Shown here piece after piece: positions 9,645 through 19,134 of a stretch of DNA of 64,000 bases. A model generated the notes under the pieces. That model was not told the origin of the DNA. It ran no database searches and worked only from the letters and a program-made list of their open reading frames with translations. This stretch comes from Candidatus Latescibacterota bacterium (lineage in GTDB: Bacteria; Latescibacterota; UBA2968). The position numbers and the translations under genes are program-made. The stretch is taken from assembly GCA_965222605.1 (NCBI GenBank), contig OZ244960.1:2944001-3008000 (forward strand), given 5' to 3'. Position 1 is the stretch's first letter. Every line of letters begins with the position of its first letter.

Positions 9645-9881
9645 ATGAAATTGATTGAGAAAGAAATCGTCATCGCCGAAGACGGCAAACTTCCTACAGA
9701 CTTTCGCGAAGCATTTGGTCGAAAGGCGCGTGTTGCCGTTTACCTGCAGGAAGAGGAACAAGAAAAAACAAAAGGTGCAGATATTCTGTCAGATCTGGAT
9801 GGTAAGATTCGGGCGTTTCGAGACATTGATGACCCGGTGGCATTTCAACGAAATCTTCGGGCTGAATGGGAACCGAGTTGA
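9645..9881 (+). CDS. Small putative antitoxin (orphan; no toxin follows)
   Basis: 78 aa; EDGKLP..F...ARVAV...DPVAFQRNLRAEW resembles antitoxins that precede PIN toxins; RBS AGAGG. Confidence 0.55.
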   Translation: MKLIEKEIVIAEDGKLPTDFREAFGRKARVAVYLQEEEQEKTKGADILSDLDGKIRAFRDIDDPVAFQRNLRAEWEPS

Positions 9882-9909
9882 GAGAAATGAACACTGAAAA
9901 TTAGAGCTT

Positions 9910-9945
9910 GCCGACCAAGTAACCGACCAAGTAACCGACCAGGTA
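9910..9945 (+). repeat. 3x 12-bp tandem repeat (TDQV-coding)
   Basis: GCCGACCAAGTA ACCGACCAAGTA ACCGACCAGGTA. Confidence 0.85.
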
Positions 9946-9971
9946 GCACCCACCTTTCACACAACTCACCC

Positions 9972-11270
9972 ATGCCCAAAACTTCCAACCGAAAAACCAT
10001 TATCTCGTGGATGATGTATGACTTTGCAAACTCGTCTTTTGCCAACAACGTCACCACATTTATCTACGCGGCGTTTTTCACCAAAGTCATCGCTGAAAAT
10101 GAAATTGTGGGCACGACCTTATGGTCTCGCGGCGTCGGCATCATTATGCTCATCGTCGCACTGTTATCGCCACCCCTCGGCGCGTTGGCGGACCAGGGCG
10201 GATATCGCAAACGCTTTTTAATGTTTGCAACACTCCTCGCGGTCATCTTCACCGCACTGCTCTATTTCCCGCAACAAGGGCAAGTCACCTTTGCAATAGC
10301 CATATACATTATCGCCTGCATCTGCTTTGAAATGGGCACGGTATTTTACAATGCCTTCCTGCCCGACATTGCCCCACCCGAGCGCATCGGTCGCATATCG
10401 GGACAAGCATGGGGCGTGGGTTATTTTGGGGGCCTGCTCTCAATGGCCGTCCTCATGGTCGGTTTTATATCCGCAGAAACCCCGTGGTTTGGCCTATCCA
10501 AAGAAACCCACGAACACATCCGGGCGACAAATATCGGCGTTGCAATCTGGTTTGCGATCTTCAGCCTCCCTGCCTTCTTCTATTTACCCGAACCGCCTGC
10601 GCGACAAACCGGCGGCAAACCAGGCCTAATCGCATCCTACCGACGCATCCTGCAAACCTTCCGCGAACTCCAGCGCTACCGCGAAATCTTCAAACTACTG
10701 CTCGCACGCCTCGTCTATAACGACGGCCTGGTCACGGTCTTTGCTTTTGGCGGTATTTATGCGTCAGGCACATTTGGATTCACATTTGAAGAAGTCCTGT
10801 TCTTTGGCATCATCGTCAACATCGCAGCCGGCATCGGCGCATGGTGTTTTGGCTACCTGGACGACCGCCTGGGCGGCAAACTCACCATCCAAATCACCCT
10901 CATCGGATTCGTCATCGCAGCTACCATTGCCGTCGTACCTCAGGAAAAAATCTGGTTCTGGATCGCGGGCATTCTCGTCGGCCTATTTGCCGGACCGAAC
11001 CAATCGGCCAGCCGCTCACTCATGGGGCGTTTTGTCCCCCAAAACAAAGAAACCGAATTTTACGGCTTCTACGCCTTCTCGGGAAAAGCCACCGCATTTC
11101 TCGGTCCCCTCCTCATGGGCGTCCTCACACAAGCCTTCCAATCTCAGCGCATCGGCATGGCAACCGTGGGCCTGTTCTTCATAGTGGGCGGCCTCCTCTT
11201 GCGCACCGTTGACGAACAAAAGGGCATCCGCATGGGGCGTGAAAAAACGCCATCGGAGACAGACCCCTAA
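9972..11270 (+). CDS. MFS transporter, UMF1/ATG22-like family
   Basis: SWMMYDFANSSF, P.LGALAD, FYNAFLPDI, GPNQSASRSL, EFYGFYAFSGK; about 12 TM segments. Confidence 0.9.
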   Translation: MPKTSNRKTIISWMMYDFANSSFANNVTTFIYAAFFTKVIAENEIVGTTLWSRGVGIIMLIVALLSPPLGALADQGGYRKRFLMFATLLAVIFTALLYFPQQGQVTFAIAIYIIACICFEMGTVFYNAFLPDIAPPERIGRISGQAWGVGYFGGLLSMAVLMVGFISAETPWFGLSKETHEHIRATNIGVAIWFAIFSLPAFFYLPEPPARQTGGKPGLIASYRRILQTFRELQRYREIFKLLLARLVYNDGLVTVFAFGGIYASGTFGFTFEEVLFFGIIVNIAAGIGAWCFGYLDDRLGGKLTIQITLIGFVIAATIAVVPQEKIWFWIAGILVGLFAGPNQSASRSLMGRFVPQNKETEFYGFYAFSGKATAFLGPLLMGVLTQAFQSQRIGMATVGLFFIVGGLLLRTVDEQKGIRMGREKTPSETDP

Positions 11271-11326
11271 CGCAAAATCTCGCCCCAGCACCTCTTCAAA
11301 CCTGAATGCTGAAATAGAGATTGCCC

Positions 11327-11369
11327 TTGACAATTATTTGTCTTATTGTCATATTATACTATGACAATA
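11327..11369 (+). promoter_or_regulatory. Sigma70 promoter overlapped by a palindromic operator, likely bound by the adjacent GntR/YtrA regulator
   Basis: TTGACA at 11327-11332; perfect inverted repeat TATTGTCATA-N6-TATGACAATA at 11344-11369. Confidence 0.75.
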
Positions 11370-11454
11370 GTAAAACATGGATCATATGACTCATTGAAGA
11401 GATCGAAAGACTGATAGCTGGATAAAAACCAATTCCACAGGAGAACAGCTCAAG

Positions 11455-11832
11455 ATGCATTTTGCGTTAGACCCCAAAAGTGGTATCCCTTTCTATCGCC
11501 AGATCATTGACCAGATTCGTTATGGCATTGCTGCTGGCAAATTGAAAGTAGGAGATCAATTGCCCACTGTTCGAGCTTTGGCCGTAGAACTTAAGGTCAA
11601 TCTCAATACCATCAGCAAAGCCTATAGGGAACTGGAAATTAAAAACATTCTGGAAACACAGCAGGGTTCCGGAACATTTATCGCTCCGGTAAAAGTAGAT
11701 ATTTCCGACGATGAAAAGGAAAAAAAGCTAACTGGTATATGCAATGAATTCCAGAGCATTGCCGCGATCTACGGATTCAATCTTGAAGACTTAATCAAAG
11801 AACTACAACAACGACATCGACGTGCTCCCTAG
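11455..11832 (+). CDS. GntR family (YtrA subfamily) transcriptional regulator
   Basis: P.Y.QI..QI...I..G.L..GDQLPTVR.LA.EL.VN.NT..KAY.ELE......QG.GTF; the last few codons come from the IS end. Confidence 0.93.
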   Translation: MHFALDPKSGIPFYRQIIDQIRYGIAAGKLKVGDQLPTVRALAVELKVNLNTISKAYRELEIKNILETQQGSGTFIAPVKVDISDDEKEKKLTGICNEFQSIAAIYGFNLEDLIKELQQRHRRAP

Positions 11833-11990
11833 ACTGAAGTCAAGGGATTCCGGGGGTCACCCTTTATCAGGCGGCCTCCCGAGAACTTGCAGCTTCGTGG
11901 ACCGTATGGTGATCAAACACCAAGACCACGGGGCGCGCCGAACGCCCACTACTGGGAACCCCAGATACCTGCCGATGGATATTAAAAGCA
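11800..11990 (-). ncRNA. Predicted TnpB omegaRNA (reRNA) scaffold plus guide; 5' limit approximate
   Basis: Inferred from family knowledge: the RNA overlaps the tnpB 3' end and right-end hairpin, and the guide runs into flanking DNA. Confidence 0.5.
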
Positions 11991-13105
11991 CCTACCAGGT
12001 CTGCTTGGCCTTCAAAGCCGCAACGACAGGAGTACCAACCCCGATGCTTGCGATTGGATTTCTTTCTTATACCACAGTGCGGGCAAGTCTGCGAGGTATA
12101 TTTTTCCGAGACGACTTTAACCTTTATGCCAAGCAGCGCGGCCTTGTATTCAATCATTGCCCTGAGCCTGTCATATGGCCAGACGTGCAGGCGTTGATTC
12201 ATCCTTTTGCCATAGGCGATGTGCTCTCGGATGCCGGTCAGGTCTCCCAAGATGATGGTGCCTACACCCTTATTGGCACACACATCCACAAACCGTCTGC
12301 TGGCCATATGGAGAGCATGTGTGATTTGTCGGGATTCTTTTCGGGCGATCTGGCGATAGCGTCTCGACATCACAGGATGGTCCTGGCTGGGCGGTTTGAC
12401 CTTTGCTCTGACCTTCTGCCAGTATCGACGTGTGGCCTTGAGCAGGCGTCCACAGACCAGATACCGAGAGCCATCACAGAAATCTGCTGCGATGAGCCAG
12501 TCTTCACCTATATCTACACCAACAGTGGCCTCTCCGGATTTATTAGGAACATCCACTTCGACCACCAGACGGGCTTGGAAATCCCGTGTGTGCGTATCGT
12601 AGATGATCTGGACGTTCTTCAACTGGGAAAGGTCAACATCTGGGCGGGTGTGGAGGCGAAAGACGAGATGGCGTACACTGTCCTGCCGAGTGGTGCCAAG
12701 CGAGATGCGAAGAAAGGTCATCCCACGCTTGTGGATTACCTTGATGGAGCCATTGTTGGGATGGGAATAGCGCAGCGGAGAGAGTCGTGTCTTCTTCCTG
12801 AATCCTGGAGGCCGTGCCTTCTTATCGCGCTTGCGCTTTTGAAAGAACGACCCAAAAGCCCATCCCACCTCTTGGCGCGTGGTATCTACCACATCGGAAT
12901 ACAATTCCTTGTGGCGTGGCAACTGGCGTGCAATGCGGTTGAGATGGCTGACCGAATAACAGGCTTTTCCCTGTTGCTCGTATTCTTGACGCAGATGAAA
13001 GATCAAGCCATTATAGACTTTGGTAGCAGACAGCATTGCGTCACGAAGGATGGCAAAGCGTTCAGGTGCGCCACGAAGATGGGCTTTTATTGTCAGGTAT
13101 GGCAT
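11867..13105 (-). CDS. tnpB: RNA-guided endonuclease TnpB
   Basis: RuvC-I VGVDIG; IILGDL at RuvC-II with alternative E in VSEKYTSQ; Zn finger CPHC..CRC; RuvC-III ADLVGAFNI; 412 aa. Confidence 0.95.
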   Translation of the reverse strand: MPYLTIKAHLRGAPERFAILRDAMLSATKVYNGLIFHLRQEYEQQGKACYSVSHLNRIARQLPRHKELYSDVVDTTRQEVGWAFGSFFQKRKRDKKARPPGFRKKTRLSPLRYSHPNNGSIKVIHKRGMTFLRISLGTTRQDSVRHLVFRLHTRPDVDLSQLKNVQIIYDTHTRDFQARLVVEVDVPNKSGEATVGVDIGEDWLIAADFCDGSRYLVCGRLLKATRRYWQKVRAKVKPPSQDHPVMSRRYRQIARKESRQITHALHMASRRFVDVCANKGVGTIILGDLTGIREHIAYGKRMNQRLHVWPYDRLRAMIEYKAALLGIKVKVVSEKYTSQTCPHCGIRKKSNRKHRGWYSCRCGFEGQADLVGAFNIHRQVSGVPSSGRSARPVVLVFDHHTVHEAASSREAA

Positions 13106-13175
13106 TTAAGACTGACCCTTCTCAATGCGGATTTATAGATACAACCTCTTGTTTTTATTAACTTAATCATACTAT

Positions 13176-13204
13176 AATATACTTGCAAATGGTATGGATG
13201 TCAA
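13176..13204 (-). promoter_or_regulatory. Sigma70 promoter for tnpB
   Basis: Minus strand TTGACA-N17-TATATT. Confidence 0.65.
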
Positions 13205-13313
13205 CATCTACATGCAACATAACATTCACTCACGTCGCATTATTGGCATTGTGCTTCGCGTGCCTCCCCGTCTAAATTCGGGGGTCTCCTGCGACATTTT
13301 TTAGGAGCAGATC

Positions 13314-14225
13314 ATGAACACTAAAATTCCTCCGAACAAGCATGTCAATCTCGTCTCGATCTTCATTTTCGTCGTCCTCACGTTGGCAAACGCGATCCTG
13401 CTCTATTCGGAACTGATTTCTTTAAACATTGCCCTGACCGGACTGGCTGCTGCGCTGTTCATTGCCGCCACATTGAAAATCTCTGATCAGTGGGAAAAAG
13501 CCGTGGTCTTGCGTATGGGAAAATTTATTGGGTTAAAAGGTCCGGGTTGGTTTCTCATTATTCCCGTCATCGACCGAGTCGATAAATATATCGACCAACG
13601 AGTCCGGGTTACTGACTTTAGAGCCGAATCTACACTGACAAAAGACACGGTGCCGGTCAATGTCGATGCCGTCGTCTATTGGACCGTTTGGGATGCTGAA
13701 AAAGCCGCCCTCGAAGTTCAAGAATATGAATACGCCGTTTCACTCGTCGCCCAGACGGGTCTGCGTGACATCATCGGCAAACACGAATTGGCAGATCTCC
13801 TGCAGAATCGAGAAAAAATCGCCGAGGCCCTGCAACAGACCCTCGACGAAACGACCAGTTCCTGGGGCATTACCTGTCAGAGTGTAGGCATCAAAGACAT
13901 TGTTATACCAACCGCCCTTGCAGATGCCATGAGTAAGCAAGCCCAGGCAGAAAGAGAACGTCAGGCCCGGATCATCCTGGGCACAGCCGAAACCGAAATC
14001 TCAGAAAAATTCTCCCAGGCCAGCAAAAACTATCAAAATAACCCCGTTGCCCTTCAACTGCGCGGTATGAACATGCTCTTTGAAGGGCTAAAGGAAAAAG
14101 GTTCTCTGATAATCGTGCCGAGTTCTGCCCTGGAATCGATGAACCTGGGAGCTATTGGTGGACTGACTGCCCTTGCTGAGAACAACACAAACCAAACACC
14201 CAGCCCGACTGAAAAGACGGCGTGA
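13314..14225 (+). CDS. SPFH/band-7 (slipin/stomatin-like) membrane protein
   Basis: N-terminal TMs, WEKAVVLRMGK...GPG, TKDTVPVNVDAVVY, AQTGLRDIIG, QAQAERERQA. Confidence 0.93.
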   Translation: MNTKIPPNKHVNLVSIFIFVVLTLANAILLYSELISLNIALTGLAAALFIAATLKISDQWEKAVVLRMGKFIGLKGPGWFLIIPVIDRVDKYIDQRVRVTDFRAESTLTKDTVPVNVDAVVYWTVWDAEKAALEVQEYEYAVSLVAQTGLRDIIGKHELADLLQNREKIAEALQQTLDETTSSWGITCQSVGIKDIVIPTALADAMSKQAQAERERQARIILGTAETEISEKFSQASKNYQNNPVALQLRGMNMLFEGLKEKGSLIIVPSSALESMNLGAIGGLTALAENNTNQTPSPTEKTA

Positions 14226-14249
14226 GAGTCTCGAATTAATCATAGACAC

Positions 14250-14281
14250 AAAAAAACCGGCTCAAATGAGCGGCTTTTTTT
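14250..14281. terminator. Bidirectional intrinsic terminator
   Basis: A-run, CCGGCTCA-AA-TGAGCGG stem, T-run, between convergent genes. Confidence 0.65.
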
Positions 14282-14381
14282 ACAAAGTCGGATGTGACGC
14301 GGGCATTGCCGTATTTTTTGTTGTTAAAGGGGATGCGGCGGCCCTTAAATTCGCCAGCGATGATGCGCATAAGAGAGTGTT

Positions 14382-16733
14382 TTAATTCCCATATCGGAAG
14401 CGCACTTCGCGTTCGACGCTCTTGCCACTGACCAGGTCGGTTACGATGACTTCGAGTGCGTTGACGCCGGGTCTGACTTTGTTGAGTACGATTTCGACGT
14501 ATTCGCGTTCGTCAGCTTCGCGTCCCGTGAGTTCGTTGGTGATGGCCACCTGGGGTTTGCTGGTTCTAAAGATGGCCCGCAACCCCGTGGCTACAGCGCC
14601 AAATACGCCAACAGCGGGCATGGCGCTGGAGCGAATGCGATATTCGGTTTTGTAACGGGTTTGTCCAAAGGTGTCTTTGGTCAGGTTGTAGATTTCGAAG
14701 TAGGCATAGACATTTTGCGTTGCGGCATAACTGCGCGTGGGAATGGGAATGATCCACACGTCTTCTTTTTGGAATTTTGTCGCGCCTTCTTCCGCAATGC
14801 TCGAAGCCAGTTGAATTTCACTGACCTGTAGCTCTGGGATTTGATAGTCTCTGACTTCGAGTTCTTGCCGATAGAGTCCGGTGCGTCCAGATATGAGGTC
14901 TTTCATTTGTACTTGAAGTTCGTATTTGCCGGGCGGTACCTGTGTTTTGATGATTTCAGGGACAAAAGCACCCTGTTGAGTTGTGCTGGGTACTTGTGGG
15001 CCGCGATACGCGAACTCATCGGTTGTGCGATAGATGGATGTGTGACCTTCATTTGCCAGCGCAACGGCCAATTGTACGTGTATGAAACTCGAATCGGCTT
15101 CTTGCTCAATCTCGACCTGCTCGGGCGGGATGCCGTAATAAATCTCGAGATTGGTTTGTCCATCTGGCCCGCGGAAGTGCGCCAGGTCATAGTAGAAATT
15201 GAGTATATCGCCGGGAAGACCAGGGCGATAAAAATCGGGCGAAGTCGATACGGCTTGCTGATAGATGACTTCGGGCATGTGTTCGGTCATGCGGGCGATA
15301 TAGGCGATGGCTTCGGGATCTCCGGTTGTGGCTTCGGGCAGTGGGGCAAAGTCATAGCGTCCATTGCCCATTTCGTCGGTAAAGGTAATCTCTATGCCCC
15401 CATTGAGTTGAATATAGGTCCAGGTTTCCCAGGGCACGGTATCAATTTCACTGCCAATGGTAACGGGTGAATAGCGGCCAAATTGCAAGCGAGTGTTGAG
15501 TTGCCCGGTTTGCTCATCAAGGACGCTTTCGATGGTGCCATCGCGCTCAAATGGATTGCCCTCAACGAGTTCGAAACTTATGTCGCGGTTGGTGCGAATG
15601 GGGAAGACGGGACCTGTGAAGGTGAAAAGGGCCGCTTCGGGACCGTAGATATCAACGGCCATCTGCGTGCGCACGCGCTCTACTTCGGTGGTTTGGACAA
15701 AGTTGCGATCATTGGAGCGCGAGCGGTAGTCGGGTTCGCCATATCGAATATAAACGGCACCTCGCTCATCCCAGGGATAGACATTGGATGAAAAATAGGT
15801 GCGTGCATACCAGGTGCGGCGGTAGTGTTCGATGACGCGCTCGTTGAGTTTGGTGAGAATGTCGGGGTCGCGCCGTGCCCAGAATTGCTCGCGGTATGCC
15901 TGTTGTTCGGGTCCCGGTGTGGCGGCGCGGTATTCTTCGAGTTCCGTATCTGAGGCAACGTAGGAAATATTGGTGTAGTGTGCGCGTTCACTGCTTTTGA
16001 TGTTGGCGAGATAACGTTCGAAGAGTTCGAGGGCTTTTTGCGCCTCGTCGTTGTAAAAATGACCCTGTGCAACAATAGGCAAGAGTTGAACGACGTCGGG
16101 ATTTGCCGAGAGATAGGGGGCAATATGTTCGAGAATGGTGTCAAACTCTTTGGCCTGTACACAGGCTAAGCCGTAATAATAAAGATTCTCGGGATTATCG
16201 GGTTCGAGTTCGACGTATTTCTGATAGTACTGCATGGCCCTGGTGTGGTCTTCTTCAAATCGCTCATAGACTTCGCCGAGCAAGCGATAGGCCGGGCCGT
16301 AGTTGGGATCGAGTTTGGTGGCGCGCTTGGCTTCGCCAATAGCTTTGTAGAAATTGTAATAAGATTGCAGGCCCCGCGTGGGTGCTTCGGCATACGTAAG
16401 ACCAAGCCCGACATAGGCTTCGACGAGGCTTTTGTCGAATTTTTTGGCTGTTTTGAAGGCGCCTTCGGCTTCTTTGTATTCTTTCCGTTTGAGATAGATA
16501 TAACCCAGTTGAGAATACACATGGGCGTCTTCGGGAAAGTTTTCTAAAATGCGTTGAAGGGTCGCCATGGCCTCGTTGATTTCACCCGCTTGAATCTGAC
16601 GCTGGCCCAGGGCAAACATCGTATTTCGGACAATTTTGTCTTGTTGAGGCGTTTCATCTTCTTCGGCAAAAAGAGGCAGTGCAATGCAAGAGACACAGCA
16701 GACAACCATCCAGAACCGCAATCCAATTTTCAT
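14382..16733 (-). CDS. Secreted TPR plus GWxTD-domain protein
   Basis: Signal peptide from MKIGL (RBS GGGAG), TPR repeats, FWARRDP...NER..EHYRR..YA...WDERG.VYIRYGEPD. Confidence 0.88.
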   Translation of the reverse strand: MKIGLRFWMVVCCVSCIALPLFAEEDETPQQDKIVRNTMFALGQRQIQAGEINEAMATLQRILENFPEDAHVYSQLGYIYLKRKEYKEAEGAFKTAKKFDKSLVEAYVGLGLTYAEAPTRGLQSYYNFYKAIGEAKRATKLDPNYGPAYRLLGEVYERFEEDHTRAMQYYQKYVELEPDNPENLYYYGLACVQAKEFDTILEHIAPYLSANPDVVQLLPIVAQGHFYNDEAQKALELFERYLANIKSSERAHYTNISYVASDTELEEYRAATPGPEQQAYREQFWARRDPDILTKLNERVIEHYRRTWYARTYFSSNVYPWDERGAVYIRYGEPDYRSRSNDRNFVQTTEVERVRTQMAVDIYGPEAALFTFTGPVFPIRTNRDISFELVEGNPFERDGTIESVLDEQTGQLNTRLQFGRYSPVTIGSEIDTVPWETWTYIQLNGGIEITFTDEMGNGRYDFAPLPEATTGDPEAIAYIARMTEHMPEVIYQQAVSTSPDFYRPGLPGDILNFYYDLAHFRGPDGQTNLEIYYGIPPEQVEIEQEADSSFIHVQLAVALANEGHTSIYRTTDEFAYRGPQVPSTTQQGAFVPEIIKTQVPPGKYELQVQMKDLISGRTGLYRQELEVRDYQIPELQVSEIQLASSIAEEGATKFQKEDVWIIPIPTRSYAATQNVYAYFEIYNLTKDTFGQTRYKTEYRIRSSAMPAVGVFGAVATGLRAIFRTSKPQVAITNELTGREADEREYVEIVLNKVRPGVNALEVIVTDLVSGKSVEREVRFRYGN

Positions 16734-16821
16734 GGTGTTCTCCCGATGGAAAAGTCGATTGTAATGTTTGCAGTGATACATAGTTCCTGCTTATCTTAAG
16801 TGTGATGTTGTAAAACTGCTT

Positions 16822-17625
16822 TTACACCGTCGCCTGCAAATCCCTCAAATAGCCCAACGTATCGCGAATACTCGCCTCTGTCGTCTCCGACGCCCCCTTC
16901 TCCACACACAGCGGGCCAGCGTAATCTGCCGCGCTTAAAATTTGCAAACACGTCTTCAAATCATAACCCATAGCTTTGCCATCCCGCTCCCATACCTGCA
17001 CGCCGTCGTCACTGTAATTAAACACCTTGACATGACACGAAAACGCGCGCGGCGCCAGCACGCGCATCCCCGCCTCCCAATCGCCATCGGGAAAATTTGC
17101 CGTATCTGGACAGGTGCCAAACCAATCGGACTCCACACCATCCAAAATCCGCTGCAAATTCTCAGAAGACGACGACACGCCCCCGTGGTTTTCCACCAGC
17201 AGCTTCACCCCCGCCTGCTCGCCCACAGCTACCAACTCCCGATACCCCTCAATCACCCGGCTCATCGCCCCATCGTCATCCGCGTGCCCCGTATTAATCC
17301 GTATCGCCTCAGAACCCACAGCCGACGCCGTATAAAACCACTGCTTCAACGCCTCCAAATCCGTGCGCCGCACACCCTCATCCGCACCTGCAATATTGCC
17401 CATATCCACTGCGATATTGCGTACCGAAAGACCATTGTCCGCCAACCGATTCCGAAGCTCATTCAAATACCTCGCATCCTGAGACTCAAAAAACCGCGAA
17501 CACAACTCCACCGTCTCCACACCATGCGCGGCACACACCTCGGGAAACTCCAGCAAAGTCAAAGACTCCTCCCGCAAAATTTCACCACTAAGCACCCATC
17601 CGGCAATACCGACATCGAGATCCAT
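16822..17625 (-). CDS. Sugar phosphate isomerase/epimerase (xylose-isomerase-like TIM barrel)
   Basis: LLVENHGG, CPDTANF, CHVK, LCVE metal-binding pattern. Confidence 0.85.
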   Translation of the reverse strand: MDLDVGIAGWVLSGEILREESLTLLEFPEVCAAHGVETVELCSRFFESQDARYLNELRNRLADNGLSVRNIAVDMGNIAGADEGVRRTDLEALKQWFYTASAVGSEAIRINTGHADDDGAMSRVIEGYRELVAVGEQAGVKLLVENHGGVSSSSENLQRILDGVESDWFGTCPDTANFPDGDWEAGMRVLAPRAFSCHVKVFNYSDDGVQVWERDGKAMGYDLKTCLQILSAADYAGPLCVEKGASETTEASIRDTLGYLRDLQATV

Positions 17626-17670
17626 AGTCATTTCTCCTTTTGTTAAAATCACAGATTAAGTAAAAACAAA

Positions 17671-17746
17671 CTGGATTGCGGCTCAAAACCATGCCGCAAT
17701 GACGATTAGTGGTCGTCACGCCTGCATGCCTGAAACAGGCGTCCAG
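17671..17746. repeat. Inverted pair of CTGGA..TGAC palindromic repeats
   Basis: CTGGATTGCGGC..GCCGCAATGAC (17671-17703) and GTCACGCCTG..CAGGCGTCCAG (17715-17746). Confidence 0.75.
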
Positions 17747-17866
17747 GATGGGGAATTGCCTTTAACTCTTGTCGCATTAGATCACTGAATATACCAACAG
17801 ATTTGGCACGCGCTCTTATATTTATTATGTTACATCACACTCCCCCACAACACAAGGAGGTTTTGC

Positions 17867-19132
17867 TTGGAATCCGTTATCGGTGTCATCTTAGGCGGCG
17901 GAGCGGGGTCGCGCCTCTATCCCCTGACCAAATACCGCTCCAAACCCGCGGTCCCTATCGGCGGCAAATATCGCCTCATCGACATACCCATCAGCAACTG
18001 TCTGCACTCCGGCCTCGCACGCATCTACGCACTCACCCAATTCAACTCCGCCTCTCTCAACCGCCACATCTCACAAACCTATCGCTTCGACGCCTTTTCA
18101 AACGGCTTTGTTGAAATCCTCGCCGCCGAACAAACACAAGATCGCCTCGACTGGTATCAGGGCACAGCCGACGCTGTTCGCCAGCACCTCCACCACTTCA
18201 TGTCCTACCAGATAGACCAATACCTCATCCTCTCTGGCGACCACCTCTACCGCATGAACTACCGGGACTTTATCTCCGAACACCGCGAAAAAGGCGCAGA
18301 CCTCACCATCGCAGTCAAACCCGTCACCCGAGAAATCGCGCCCGACCTCGGCATCCTCAAAGTAGATGACACCCGGCGCATCACCGACTTCGTAGAAAAA
18401 CCACAAACCAACGCCGCACTGGACGACCTCAAACTCGACCCCGCACCCGGCAGCAATCCCAACGAAGCGTACATGGCCTCAATGGGCATATACGTCTTTG
18501 AAAAAGACAAACTAAGAACTCTCCTCGCGGAAAACACCGGCGACGACTTTGGCAAACACATCATCCCAGCCGCCATTCACACCCACAAAGTCTATGCCCA
18601 CCGATTCGAGGGATACTGGGAAGACATCGGCACCATCCGCGCCTTCTACGAAGCCAACCTCGCACTCACAACCCCATCGCCCCCCTTCACCTTTTATCAG
18701 CCCGGCGCCCCCATCTATACGCACCCGCGCTACCTCGCCGCGGCCAAATTGGATGGATGCCACCTCAAACAGTGCAAAATCGGCGACGGCTCCGACATTC
18801 AAGACGCAGAAATTGAACACGCCGTCATCGGCATACGCAGCATCGTTGGTCCCCGCGCTAAACTCACCAACACCGTCATGATGGGGGCTGACTTTTACGA
18901 AACACCCGAAGACAGAAAACGCAACAAACAAAAAGGCATCCCAAACGTCGGCATCGGTTCGGGATGCGTAATCGACAGCGCAATCATCGACAAAAACGCG
19001 CGCATTGGGGAAAACGTCACCATCCAAAACGCAAAAAATATCCGCGAAGCAGAACACGACGCCTACTCCATCCGCGACGGCATCGTCGTCATCACCAAAG
19101 ACGCCATCATCCCATCGGGGACGGTGATTTAA
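17867..19132 (+). CDS. glgC: Glucose-1-phosphate adenylyltransferase
   Basis: [59 protein letters not shown]; TTG start after AAGGAGG. Confidence 0.97.
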   Translation: MESVIGVILGGGAGSRLYPLTKYRSKPAVPIGGKYRLIDIPISNCLHSGLARIYALTQFNSASLNRHISQTYRFDAFSNGFVEILAAEQTQDRLDWYQGTADAVRQHLHHFMSYQIDQYLILSGDHLYRMNYRDFISEHREKGADLTIAVKPVTREIAPDLGILKVDDTRRITDFVEKPQTNAALDDLKLDPAPGSNPNEAYMASMGIYVFEKDKLRTLLAENTGDDFGKHIIPAAIHTHKVYAHRFEGYWEDIGTIRAFYEANLALTTPSPPFTFYQPGAPIYTHPRYLAAAKLDGCHLKQCKIGDGSDIQDAEIEHAVIGIRSIVGPRAKLTNTVMMGADFYETPEDRKRNKQKGIPNVGIGSGCVIDSAIIDKNARIGENVTIQNAKNIREAEHDAYSIRDGIVVITKDAIIPSGTVI

Positions 19133-19134
19133 GA

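Larger units (their letters stand above)
11817..13300 (-). mobile_element. IS200/IS605-family non-autonomous element (tnpB only)
   Basis: Subterminal hairpins at both ends (minus strand GGAATCCCTTGACTTCAGTCTAGGGAG...TCGA and ACCCCCGAATTTAGACGGGGAG). No TSD. Excision restores gntR ...CGA CAT TAG and the SPFH RBS. Confidence 0.8.

Noticed and set aside
11867-13105. TnpB as Cas12f or nuclease-dead TldR
   Set aside because: No CRISPR array is present, IS ends are intact, and both Asp residues plus an alternative Glu are retained
11822-13138. 438-aa plus-strand ORF
   Set aside because: It is the antisense shadow of tnpB, with no recognisable motifs, while tnpB has all family motifs
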